64,000 nucleotides of DNA from a candidate division WOR-3 bacterium (GTDB lineage: Bacteria; Hydrothermota; Tepidihabitantia; Tepidihabitantales; Tepidihabitantaceae). Shown here in pieces: positions 18,198 to 27,077 of the stretch; the stretch's first letter is position 1, and each line of letters opens with the position of its first letter. The notes beneath the pieces were generated by a model. It was not told the DNA's origin. It searched no databases and saw only the letters and a list, made by a program, of their open reading frames with translations. The DNA is taken from assembly GCA_965649225.1 (NCBI GenBank), contig CBFGJX010000008.1:1-64000 (forward strand), in the 5' to 3' direction. The position numbers and the translations under genes were made by a program.

Positions 18198-21182
18198 ATG
18201 CTTGACAAAATCCTCGGAGCAATTTTCGGCACGAAGAACGACCGTGAACTGAAGCGGTTGTGGCGTCGGGTCGAGGAGATCAACGCGGTCTATAAGCAAC
18301 TGACCGACAGTGAGAATCTGCCGGCCCGTACCGAGGAGCTGAAGCGGCGGGTGGCAGACGGTGAGCCGCTGGATGAGCTGCTGCCGGAGGCTTTTGCGCT
18401 GGTGAAACTTGCCTGTCGCCGGCTGGTGGGCAAGAGCTGGCCGGTCGTCGACACGATGCAGACCTGGAACATGGTGCCGTTTGACGTTCAGTTGATCGGT
18501 GGGGTCGTGCTGCATGAGGGCAAGATTGCGGAGATGCGCACCGGCGAGGGCAAAACACTGGTGGCGACGATGCCTTTGTATCTCGCCGCACTCGAGGGCA
18601 AGGGTGCGCATCTGGTCACGGTCAATGATTATCTTGCCCGCCGGGACCGAGAGTGGATGGGGCCGGTTCTGGAGTCGCTGGGGCTGACTGTCGGCTGCAT
18701 TCAGGCGGGAATGGACCCGGAAGAACGGAAGCCGCAGTATCAGGCCGATGTGACCTACGGCACCAATAACGAATTCGGTTTTGACTATTTGCGTGACAAC
18801 ATGGTCGGCCGGATTGAAGACAAGGTTCAACGCGGACACCACTATGCCATCGTCGATGAGGTTGATTCGATCCTGATTGACGAAGCACGGACACCGCTGA
18901 TTATTTCCGGCCCGGTGGAGTCGGAAGACAAGGGCTATGATCGCCTCACGCCGCTGGTGCGACGATTGTTTACCCGCCAGAACCTGCTCGTGAACAGCAT
19001 CGTCGACGAGGGCGAGCGGTTGATGCGCGAAGGTAAAATGGATGAAGCGGCGCGAAAGTTTCTCCAGGCGCGGCGCGGGGCACCGAAACACAAGCGGCTG
19101 GCGAAGGTCGAGCGTGAGGAGGGCGTCAAACGGGCAGTGGACCGGCTGGACCTGCTTTATCTGCGCGACAAACGTTATCACGAGATTGACGACGAACTCT
19201 ACTTCGTCATTGACGAAAAAGACAATTCGATCAATCTCACCGACAAGGGCCGGGCCGAATTGGCGCCGGACGATCCGAATGCCTTCACGCTGCCCGACCT
19301 GTCCGAAGAACTGGGCAGCATCGACCGCGACGAGACGCTGTCGGCGAAAGAGAAGGCATTTCGCAAGGAGCAGGCTTATCAGCGCTATGCCCAGAAGAGC
19401 GATCTGTTGCACAGTTTCCAGTCGCTGCTGAAGGCTTTCTCGTTGTTCGAGCGCGATGTTGACTATGTTGTTCAGGACGGCCGGGTAATCATCGTTGACG
19501 AGTTTACCGGCCGACTGATGCCGGGCCGGCGGTTCTCGGACGGTCTGCACTCGGCGCTGGAGGCCAAGGAGGGGGTCTCGGTCCAGGGTGAAACCCAGAC
19601 CTTTGCTACCATCACCCTGCAAAACTATTTCCGGATGTACCGCCGGCTGGCCGGGATGACCGGCACGGCAATGACCTCGGCGGCGGAGTTCTGGGGTACC
19701 TACAAGCTGGACGTTGTTGCGATACCGACCAACGAGCCGGTGCGCCGTATCGATTACGGTGACATCGTCTATATGACCCGCAAGGCCAAGTACGAGGCGG
19801 TGCTGGACGAAATTGAACGCTGGCACAAGGTCGGCCGGCCGATACTGGTCGGTACGACATCGGTTGAAGTCTCGGAGGTCATTTCGCGCATGCTTCGGCG
19901 CCGGGGTATCAACCATGAAGTGCTCAACGCCAAACAGCATCAGCGCGAGGCGACGGTAATCGCCGGTGCCGGTCAGGCGGGCGCAGTCACCATTGCGACC
20001 AACATGGCCGGTCGCGGCACTGACATCAAACTCGGGCCGGGAGTGGTCAAGGGCGAGAAGTGCTATCTGGTCTCGGGCGACGGCCGTTGCGAATACTGGG
20101 AAGCGGAACCCGGCCGCTGCGAAAAGGAGGTGCCGTGCGGACTTTATATCATCGGCACTGAACGACACGAGGCCCGGCGGATTGATAACCAGCTGCGCGG
20201 CCGGGCTGGCCGCCAGGGCGATCCCGGCTCATCACGGTTCTACCTTTCGCTGGAAGACGACCTGATGCGGCTGTTTGGTTCCGAACGGGTGGCAGCAATC
20301 ATGGACCGGTTCGGGGCGAAGAGCGACGAACCGATCGAGCATCCGCTGGTAACCCGGGCGATCGAAAACGCCCAGCGGCGGGTGGAGACGCGCAATGCCG
20401 AAATCCGGCGCCACCTGCTGGAATACGATGACGTGATGAACCGCCAGCGCGAGGTCGTCTACCGGCTGCGCGATGATGTGCTGGCCCGTCCCGACCTGAC
20501 GGCGGTTTATGAACAGATGGCGGACGGACTGGTTGAGGAGCTGGTGCGGCGCACGACCGGCACGGGCAAGTATCCCGATGACTGGGACTGGGACGGACTG
20601 CATGCTGAATTGCAGTTGACGCTTCTGGGGGATATTGAGGTATCGGACGACGAGAAGTCACGGATGACGCCGGCGCGGCTGCGTGAATTGTTGACAGACC
20701 TAACCCGGCGTCGCTATATTGAGCGCAGGACGGAGCTGGGCGATGCGCTGATGAGCGATCTCTGCCGGTATGTTTTCCTGCGGACGCTCGACAGCAAGTG
20801 GCGCGATCACCTCTATGCGCTGGATATGCTGCGCGAGGGGATAAGTCTCCGCGCCTATGGCCAGAAGGACCCGCTGGTCGAGTACAAGCAGGAATCATTC
20901 CGGTTGTTCGGGGAGATGATGGCCGAGCTCTACAAAGAGGCGCTGGCCGTCACGTTTCGGGCGCAGGTTCAGACTGCTCCGCCCCGCCGCACCACAGCCC
21001 GACCGGCGGTGCGGGCCTACAAGCCGGCAGCCGAGAGCGCGGGCGAGGAGTCCGGCAGCGCTGAGGCTTCGGTACCGGCCCAGGTGCGGCGGAGTGTGCC
21101 CAAAGTAGGAAGAAACGACCCGTGTCCGTGCGGGTCGGGGCGAAAATACAAGAAGTGTTGTGGCAGAGACGAGTCCGGATAA
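18198..21182 (+). CDS. secA: Preprotein translocase ATPase SecA
   Basis: [60 protein letters not shown]-terminal [18 protein letters not shown]. Confidence 0.99.
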   Translation: MLDKILGAIFGTKNDRELKRLWRRVEEINAVYKQLTDSENLPARTEELKRRVADGEPLDELLPEAFALVKLACRRLVGKSWPVVDTMQTWNMVPFDVQLIGGVVLHEGKIAEMRTGEGKTLVATMPLYLAALEGKGAHLVTVNDYLARRDREWMGPVLESLGLTVGCIQAGMDPEERKPQYQADVTYGTNNEFGFDYLRDNMVGRIEDKVQRGHHYAIVDEVDSILIDEARTPLIISGPVESEDKGYDRLTPLVRRLFTRQNLLVNSIVDEGERLMREGKMDEAARKFLQARRGAPKHKRLAKVEREEGVKRAVDRLDLLYLRDKRYHEIDDELYFVIDEKDNSINLTDKGRAELAPDDPNAFTLPDLSEELGSIDRDETLSAKEKAFRKEQAYQRYAQKSDLLHSFQSLLKAFSLFERDVDYVVQDGRVIIVDEFTGRLMPGRRFSDGLHSALEAKEGVSVQGETQTFATITLQNYFRMYRRLAGMTGTAMTSAAEFWGTYKLDVVAIPTNEPVRRIDYGDIVYMTRKAKYEAVLDEIERWHKVGRPILVGTTSVEVSEVISRMLRRRGINHEVLNAKQHQREATVIAGAGQAGAVTIATNMAGRGTDIKLGPGVVKGEKCYLVSGDGRCEYWEAEPGRCEKEVPCGLYIIGTERHEARRIDNQLRGRAGRQGDPGSSRFYLSLEDDLMRLFGSERVAAIMDRFGAKSDEPIEHPLVTRAIENAQRRVETRNAEIRRHLLEYDDVMNRQREVVYRLRDDVLARPDLTAVYEQMADGLVEELVRRTTGTGKYPDDWDWDGLHAELQLTLLGDIEVSDDEKSRMTPARLRELLTDLTRRRYIERRTELGDALMSDLCRYVFLRTLDSKWRDHLYALDMLREGISLRAYGQKDPLVEYKQESFRLFGEMMAELYKEALAVTFRAQVQTAPPRRTTARPAVRAYKPAAESAGEESGSAEASVPAQVRRSVPKVGRNDPCPCGSGRKYKKCCGRDESG

Positions 21183-21265
21183 GGCCGGCTCAAGAGAACG
21201 GGTAAATCCGAACTGCTGAGCGTCGACGGCCGGACCCGGCAGGCGTGTGAGCAAAGGAGGAACCG

Positions 21266-21646
21266 ATGGCACAGGGCGGTAACAAGAGCCGCATCATCAT
21301 CTGGTCGATAGTCGGCGTGCTGGTCGTGGTTGCCGTGATACTGCTGGCGACCCGGCCGAAACAGACCGGTGGACCGGAAGTCAATGTCGCCGACTTCACC
21401 GAGACAATGAACAAGAAGCTCGATAAGCTGCAGGCCAGGATCGACAAGGCCGGGTTGACTCCCGAGCAGGTTGCCCCGGTTGAGGCAGAGATGAACAGGG
21501 TGCGCGAGATCCTGGGACAGATGGCCAATACTCAGGACCAGAAGGAATTGCGCAAACTCGCCGATCAGGCACACGAGGCCAATATCGCTGCACGAAAGGC
21601 ATTGAAAGCCGCAACCGGCAGCGATTCGGACGACGAAGGAAACTAG
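21266..21646 (+). CDS. Hypothetical membrane-anchored helical protein
   Basis: AAGGAGG RBS, one N-terminal TM helix, charged helical remainder. Confidence 0.75.
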   Translation: MAQGGNKSRIIIWSIVGVLVVVAVILLATRPKQTGGPEVNVADFTETMNKKLDKLQARIDKAGLTPEQVAPVEAEMNRVREILGQMANTQDQKELRKLADQAHEANIAARKALKAATGSDSDDEGN

Positions 21647-21671
21647 CGTCCGTCCGCCGGGCGGTTGAGAG

Positions 21672-21714
21672 CGGTCCGGCTCAGTCGGCGTAAACGGCTG
21701 GGCCGGACCGTTTT
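21672..21714 (+). terminator. Probable intrinsic terminator
   Basis: CGGTCCGGCTCAGTCG / CGGCTGGGCCGGACCG stem (with G-U pairs) followed by TTTT. Confidence 0.65.
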
Positions 21715-21726
21715 CGTGGTGGTTGC

Positions 21727-21754
21727 TTGACGGGACAGGCGGGGCGGGGATAAT
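21727..21754 (+). promoter_or_regulatory. Promoter for the redox/ECF gene run (TTGACG-16-GATAAT)
   Basis: Lies just after the terminator and before an AGGAGG RBS and TTG start. Confidence 0.6.
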
Positions 21755-21787
21755 TGCCCTGACCGGCAATGCGTTGAGGAGGTAAAT

Positions 21788-22036
21788 TTGAACTGTCGAA
21801 TCATCATGGCAATCCGTATTGCCCGCCGCAGTCAGGCGGCGGTGAAGGTACAGGAAGTCCTCACCCGGCACGGCTGCATCATCGGTCTGCGCATCGGTCT
21901 GCACGAGATCGGTAATGTCTGTGCCGAGGATGGGCTGGTACTGCTGAATGTCTGTGGCAAGCCGAAGGAGGTCGCGGCCCTGAAAAAAGACCTGCGCGCC
22001 ATCAAAGGGGTGCGGGTCAAGTCGATGGAGGTTTAG
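21788..22036 (+). CDS. Small ACT/NikR-C-like protein (TM1266 iron-only hydrogenase regulator-like)
   Basis: 82 aa, VQEVLTRHGCIIGLRIGLHE pattern with alternating beta/alpha elements; strong RBS. Family call from memory. Confidence 0.6.
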   Translation: MNCRIIMAIRIARRSQAAVKVQEVLTRHGCIIGLRIGLHEIGNVCAEDGLVLLNVCGKPKEVAALKKDLRAIKGVRVKSMEV

Positions 22037-22042
22037 GGCGGC

Positions 22043-22636
22043 TTGAGCATTCTGAAGCGGCTGGGCGTGCCGGTATTCTACGCCGAGGGCATTCCGGCCA
22101 GCACAGAGCGGGCTTTGTGGTTACTGACTGTTGATGGACTGGTCAAGGCTGCGCCGCAGCGGTACAGCTTTGCCGAGATCGAAGCGCTGCCATTGACAAC
22201 GGTCAATGCCCGGCTGACGTCAGTGAGCGGCTGGAGTGTCCGTTGCAACTGGCAGGGTGTGCGGTTTCTTGATCTGCTGGCCCGGCTTGAGCTGTTGCCC
22301 GGTGCCAGCCACGCGCTCTTTTCCAGTGCCGGCGGTTACACGACATCCCTGCCGCTGACGGCGCTGAGCTATGAGAAAGTGCTTCTGTGCTATCGCGTTG
22401 ACGATGAATACTTGGAGCCGGAGTACGGCGGACCGCTGCGTCTGCTGGTTCCTCAGTTGTGGGGTTACAAGAGCGTGAAGGGACTGCAAACAATTACTTT
22501 CACCAGCCGGTCGGTGCCCGGCTGGTGGGAGAGTCGCGGTTATTCCGATGACGCGCGGATTGAACCGGGAGTCACGTTTGACATCAACACCCGCATGCGC
22601 CGACCGATACCCGGCGGTGAGGTTACCAGCTTCTAG
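22043..22636 (+). CDS. Sulfite-oxidase-family molybdopterin-binding domain protein
   Basis: WLLTVDGLV, SVSGWS...WQGV, GYTTSLPL, YGGPLRLLVPQLWGYKSVK, GWWESRGY. Confidence 0.85.
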   Translation: MSILKRLGVPVFYAEGIPASTERALWLLTVDGLVKAAPQRYSFAEIEALPLTTVNARLTSVSGWSVRCNWQGVRFLDLLARLELLPGASHALFSSAGGYTTSLPLTALSYEKVLLCYRVDDEYLEPEYGGPLRLLVPQLWGYKSVKGLQTITFTSRSVPGWWESRGYSDDARIEPGVTFDINTRMRRPIPGGEVTSF

Positions 22637-22646
22637 GGGGTAGTCG

Positions 22647-23213
22647 ATGGATGTGACAACAGCAATTCACGAGCGGCGGGCCTTTCGGTCACTGGAGCCG
22701 GTACCAGTCGGTGAGGAACTGGCGCGCGACCTCGCCCGTCACGCGCAGCTTGCACCGAGCTGTTTCAATAATCAGCCGGCCCGGTTCTGCTTCGTCTGGG
22801 AACCGGCGGCGCTGGCGGCGGTAAAGGCGGCGCTGAACAAGGGTAACGACTGGGCCCGCGACGCATCGATGATTGTCGCGGTTTTCGCCGAAAAGGAGGC
22901 CGACTGCGTCATCCGCGACCGGGAGTACTATCTCTTCGACACCGGACTGGCAACAGCTCTGTTGATCCTGCGGGCGACTGAGCTAGGGCTGGTGGCGCAT
23001 CCAATCGCCGGCTATGACCCGGACAAGGTCCGGGTGGCACTGGCGATACCGGCCGAAATGCAGGTGATTACGCTGGTGATTATCGGCCGGCGTGCGCCGG
23101 AACCCAGTCCCGGGCTGAGCGAAGCTCAGCTCGAGGCCGAGCGGCAGCGGCCGGCACGTCTGCCGCTGGAGAGCGTGGCTTTTTTTAACCGCTGTCAGGA
23201 GGTCGAGGGGTGA
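22647..23213 (+). CDS. Nitroreductase family protein
   Basis: AIHERRAFR, LAPSCFNNQP, DTG...LRATELGL. Confidence 0.9.
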   Translation: MDVTTAIHERRAFRSLEPVPVGEELARDLARHAQLAPSCFNNQPARFCFVWEPAALAAVKAALNKGNDWARDASMIVAVFAEKEADCVIRDREYYLFDTGLATALLILRATELGLVAHPIAGYDPDKVRVALAIPAEMQVITLVIIGRRAPEPSPGLSEAQLEAERQRPARLPLESVAFFNRCQEVEG

Positions 23214-23497
23214 ACCTGCTGCGTCGAGTGCATCTTTATGTCGGTGCGCTGGTGGCGCCTTTTCTGCTGGTTACGGCTGTTACCGCAGTTGTGATGCTTC
23301 TGGACATCGATCACGACGCACTGCTGTTTCTGCGTCTGCACAGCTGGCGCATCATCCAGCAATACCTCGGCGTTGCAGTGGCAGCGGGGCTGGTGGTGCT
23401 GGCAGTGACCGGCGGCATTCTCTATGCCCAGTTCCGCATCAACCAGTTCCGACGGCTGCGGGCAAAGCGGGCGGCGCAGAAGGTAGCGGCGGGCTGA
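23210..23497 (+). CDS. Small two-TM protein resembling PepSY-associated TM helices
   Basis: LRRVHLYVG, LRLHSW and VTGGILY motifs; overlaps both neighbours. Confidence 0.6.
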   Translation: MNLLRRVHLYVGALVAPFLLVTAVTAVVMLLDIDHDALLFLRLHSWRIIQQYLGVAVAAGLVVLAVTGGILYAQFRINQFRRLRAKRAAQKVAAG

Positions 23498-24045
23498 TGG
23501 CGTACGGGTCGGGACGGGTTGTACGAACACTGGGTGGGCGGGTTGAGGTACGGGTGAATCCGCCCTCGGCATGCGGCGGCTGTGCCAACCGGGCCGGCTG
23601 TGCCGTTTTCGGCACGCCGGAACGGACGGTGCTTGCTGAGAATCCGATTGGTGCCGGAGTCGGCGAGCGGGTACTGCTGGTGACAACCGGGCAGGCCGGT
23701 TCGCTTTCGGCGCTGGCGGCTTTTGGCCTGCCGGCCGGACTGCTGCTGGCTGGTATCGTCGTCGGTAACCTGCTGGCCGGCGACATTGGCGCCGGACTGG
23801 GCGGTGGTGCCGGGCTGGGCATCGGAGCGGCGGCGGTGGTGTGGATCAACCATCGGTTCAGCGGTCGAATGCTGCCCCGGGTGGTGCGCCGGCTGGGCAA
23901 TGACGAGGTGAGCGAACAGGAATTGACGGAGAATTGTCAGCAACTTCCCGGAGGTCTTAGCAATGAGATGGTTGATGGTAATCGGACTGGTGCTGGTGAC
24001 GGTGGTCGCTCACGGGCGGCCGGCGAAGGGCAACGTGGTTTTTGA
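23497..24045 (+). CDS. RseC/MucC family (SoxR-reducing system) protein
   Basis: SACGGC-x5-C, AENPIGAGVGERV, two C-terminal hydrophobic segments. The tail overlaps the next gene by 83 nt. Confidence 0.75.
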   Translation: MAYGSGRVVRTLGGRVEVRVNPPSACGGCANRAGCAVFGTPERTVLAENPIGAGVGERVLLVTTGQAGSLSALAAFGLPAGLLLAGIVVGNLLAGDIGAGLGGGAGLGIGAAAVVWINHRFSGRMLPRVVRRLGNDEVSEQELTENCQQLPGGLSNEMVDGNRTGAGDGGRSRAAGEGQRGF

Positions 24046-24889
24046 CAACCCGGAGCAGGGCGAGCGGACACTCTGGCGGGATGTGAAATTTGTACCGGAT
24101 TCGACTGACCCGACCGGCAAGCGCGGCAGCTGGCAGGGCTGGTTTCATCAGGACAACATTGATTTGTCGCGCCGGTCCGAGGGAATAATCCGGGCCCGGA
24201 TTGAAGGCAAGTGGCGCGAGCTGCGGATTGTCGAGCTGCCGCAGGATTTTCTGGACTGGAACTTCGGCCGGCGGCTGGAACAGCTGGCCGAAATCAAGAA
24301 GATGATGAGCGGTGACGAGACAGCCGGTCGGCCCGAGGTTGCCGGACCGCACAACGCAATTGTCGCATCACACGGAGCCAGACGCCGGGACTCGGAGTTT
24401 ACCCTCAACAATGCGGTCAAGGGTACCGGCTGGCTGCCCCGGCCCGAGAAGCTGGCCGAGCTGATCGAGCTGCTGCGGCGTACTTGGGATGATCCGATGC
24501 CGGCGAAGCTGGCGCTGCTGGAAAGCCTGTACACCAAGGAGACCGCGATTTACGACCGCACCAAGCAGGTTTCACTTGAGTTGTATGCCCGGCCGGACTT
24601 TGCGACCCACAGTTTCCTCAACCAGATGGCCGATCCCGGAGTGGCAGTCGTGTTTCTTGACCTGCCGAAGTCGTACGAACTGCGTTGTGTGGTTCAGATG
24701 CTGCATCCGGATGACCCCGGGCTGAGCGAATACGAACGGCAGGTGGTCGATTACATCAATCTTGTCCACGACTACTTTCACGGTGCTGCACCGCATCGTT
24801 CGATTGGTGTGATTTACCATGTCGTCCAGGTGTTTGACAACTCGCCCGGCCGGGGCCGGGGGCGTCGGATTGTGCCGTCGCTGCCTTAG
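23963..24889 (+). CDS. Exported hypothetical protein with possible PNPOx-like split-barrel C-terminal half
   Basis: GGAGG RBS and signal peptide; HSFLNQMADPGVAVVF...SYELR...HDYFH...VFDNSP resembles FMN split-barrel proteins. Confidence 0.6.
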   Translation: MRWLMVIGLVLVTVVAHGRPAKGNVVFDNPEQGERTLWRDVKFVPDSTDPTGKRGSWQGWFHQDNIDLSRRSEGIIRARIEGKWRELRIVELPQDFLDWNFGRRLEQLAEIKKMMSGDETAGRPEVAGPHNAIVASHGARRRDSEFTLNNAVKGTGWLPRPEKLAELIELLRRTWDDPMPAKLALLESLYTKETAIYDRTKQVSLELYARPDFATHSFLNQMADPGVAVVFLDLPKSYELRCVVQMLHPDDPGLSEYERQVVDYINLVHDYFHGAAPHRSIGVIYHVVQVFDNSPGRGRGRRIVPSLP

Positions 24890-24891
24890 TT

Positions 24892-25626
24892 GTGGATAGA
24901 GAAAACACCACCGTGAGCGATGATGGTCCCGGGTTGATGCCGGTCGTGCTGCCCGGTGATGCCGAAACTGAGGCGTCACCGCGCGATGTTCAGACCGGGA
25001 CACCGGCGGCCGGGGCTGGAGAAGTCAGAGCCGGGCCACTGCTGCCGGCCCCGCAGGCGCTGCCGGTTACCGACGAAGAACTGGTCCGGCGGGCACAGGC
25101 CGGCAACGGCGAAGCTTTTGAGGAGCTGGTGCGGCGTTACGAACGCAAGGTTTACAATATTGCCTACCGGCTGATGGGCAACGAGCGGGACGCCAGCGAG
25201 GTGTTGCAGGACACCTTCCTGCGGGCCTACCGCTTCCTGCCCAAGTTTCAGTTCAAATCGTCGTTTTTCACCTGGCTGTACCGGATTGCAACCAATGTCA
25301 GCCTGACGCGGTTGCGGCGGCGCGAGAAGGTTCAGCTGGTATCGCTGGACGAGCCGGCTGACAGCGACGGCGGTACGCCGCTGGACCTGCCTGACTACCG
25401 CTACAATCCAGAGAAGCTGATGCAGCAGCGGGAGCTGCGGGAGGCGCTGAATGAAGCAGTTGAGAAACTGCCTCCCGAGTATCGGTCGGTGGTGGTACTG
25501 CGTGACCTGGAGGGATTGAGTAACGAAGAAGCGAGCAAGGTGTTGAATCTGACCGTGGCGGCGGTGAAGTCGCGGCTGCATCGCGGGCGACTGGAGCTGC
25601 GCAAGGCACTGGCCAAATATCTTTAG
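24892..25626 (+). CDS. ECF RNA polymerase sigma factor (start uncertain)
   Basis: DEELV...AFEELVRRY, QDTFLRAY, FFTWLYRIATN, LRDLEGLSNEEASKVL...VKSRLHRGR. Confidence 0.93.
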   Translation: MDRENTTVSDDGPGLMPVVLPGDAETEASPRDVQTGTPAAGAGEVRAGPLLPAPQALPVTDEELVRRAQAGNGEAFEELVRRYERKVYNIAYRLMGNERDASEVLQDTFLRAYRFLPKFQFKSSFFTWLYRIATNVSLTRLRRREKVQLVSLDEPADSDGGTPLDLPDYRYNPEKLMQQRELREALNEAVEKLPPEYRSVVVLRDLEGLSNEEASKVLNLTVAAVKSRLHRGRLELRKALAKYL

Positions 25627-25634
25627 GACAAACG

Positions 25635-25910
25635 ATGAAACCAATGGACACTAATTCCTGCCCGGATTGTCGCGAACTGGCGGACTGGGCGGCCGAATTT
25701 GTTGACGGCGAGATGAGCCCCGAGGCCCGGCGGGAGCTGTTGTTGCATATCCAGTCGTGCCGGGAATGCGCCGAGCTGCTGCGGTCAATGAAGCGGCTGG
25801 TGCATTACTGCACGCTGGTGCCGAATTGCGAAGTGCCGCAATCGGTGCATCAGCAGCTGTGGTTTTCAATCCGCCGCGAAATCAGTTACCGTCAGGAAAA
25901 GTCCGACTAG
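25635..25910 (+). CDS. Soluble zf-HC2 (ZAS) anti-sigma factor
   Basis: FVDGEM...HIQSCREC (HxxxCxxC), directly downstream of the ECF sigma; no TM helix. Confidence 0.88.
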   Translation: MKPMDTNSCPDCRELADWAAEFVDGEMSPEARRELLLHIQSCRECAELLRSMKRLVHYCTLVPNCEVPQSVHQQLWFSIRREISYRQEKSD

Positions 25911-25949
25911 AACCACTGGTCCGGTGTCGGCCGGACAGGAGTACCAGCA

Positions 25950-27026
25950 GTGCGAGTTGTCGTAGCGATGAGCGGTGGGGTTGATTCGGCGGTCGCTGCG
26001 GCAATACTGAAAGAGCAGGGGCATCAGGTAATCGGCATTACGATGCGGTTACTGGAACAGCCGGCCGGGGCTGACGGGCGGGGCTGCTGTGGCGACGATG
26101 CGGTTGAGTCGGCCCGCCGAACTGCCGGTCAATTACGGATTCCCCACTATGTGCTGGACATGCGTGCCGAGTTCGAGCGGGAGGTCGTTGCCGATTTTAT
26201 CGCCGAGTATGCCCGGGGGCGAACGCCAAACCCGTGTATTCGCTGCAACGAAGCGTTGAAGTTTCGGCGGCTCGTTGAGCGAGCTGAAGCACTGGGGGCA
26301 CAGGCAGTCGCGACCGGCCACCATGCCCGGATCCGACTGCATCCCGGTGGTGGCTGGCGGTTGTTGCGGGGGCGGGATGCGGCAAAGGACCAGAGCTACT
26401 TCCTCTACCGGCTGACACAGGACCGGCTGGCGCGGGTGCTGATGCCGGTTGGTGAGTTGACCAAGGCCGAAGTGCGCGAACGGGCGCGGGCGCTGGGGTT
26501 GACCGCGGCCGCCCACCGACCGGAAAGCCAGGAGGCCTGTTTTATTCCGGACAACGACAGCGTGGCATTTCTGCAACGGCGCCGGCCGGAGCTGTTTCGG
26601 CGCGGGCCGATACTGGACGAGAACGGCCGGCAGGTGGGCACTCACGATGGAATTGCCGGTCTGACCCTCGGGCAGCGACGGGGAATCGGCGTGGCACTGG
26701 GTGAACGACGGTATGTTGTGGCGATTGATGTTGAGCGAAATACTATCGTTGTCGCCGGGGCAGCATCAGCGCGGGTGCAGGGTGTGGAAGCCGGCGATAT
26801 CTGCTGGGTCTGGCCGGGGGCGCGGGAACTGCGGACCGGCGTAACCGCCCGAGTGCGGTCGCAGGGTCAGGATGTGCCGGTGCGGGTTGACTATGCTGCG
26901 CCGGACCGGTTGCTGGTCTTCTTTGAAGAACCACAGTGGCTGCCGGCACCGGGCCAGGCGGTGGTGTTGTGGCAGGGGGCAGTTGTACTCGGGGGCGGGG
27001 TGATTGAGCGGGCAATCCGGGAATGA
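25950..27026 (+). CDS. mnmA: tRNA 2-thiouridine(34) synthase
   Basis: AMSGGVDS, TPNPCIRCN, ATGHHA, KDQSYFL, SQEACF, GQRRG, PGQA. Confidence 0.96.
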   Translation: MRVVVAMSGGVDSAVAAAILKEQGHQVIGITMRLLEQPAGADGRGCCGDDAVESARRTAGQLRIPHYVLDMRAEFEREVVADFIAEYARGRTPNPCIRCNEALKFRRLVERAEALGAQAVATGHHARIRLHPGGGWRLLRGRDAAKDQSYFLYRLTQDRLARVLMPVGELTKAEVRERARALGLTAAAHRPESQEACFIPDNDSVAFLQRRRPELFRRGPILDENGRQVGTHDGIAGLTLGQRRGIGVALGERRYVVAIDVERNTIVVAGAASARVQGVEAGDICWVWPGARELRTGVTARVRSQGQDVPVRVDYAAPDRLLVFFEEPQWLPAPGQAVVLWQGAVVLGGGVIERAIRE

Positions 27027-27077
27027 ACTGCCGCCGCCGGTGGTAAGTCGGGCAGACAGTTTAGCTGAGGAGGTTTC

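Noticed and set aside
18195..20168. Long antisense ORFs (657 aa opposite secA, 508 aa opposite trmFO, 446 aa opposite M14, and others)
   Set aside because: Shadow frames expected in high-GC coding DNA; no motifs or RBS, and they fully overlap confident genes.
23900..24045. Functional overlapping C-terminal domain of RseC
   Set aside because: The tail looks like low-information run-on across the next gene's RBS and signal peptide; the family motifs end before it.
21788..25910. Selenocysteine read-through in the redox genes
   Set aside because: No in-frame TGA at a catalytic position; the TGA codons seen are ordinary ends, one overlapping the next start.
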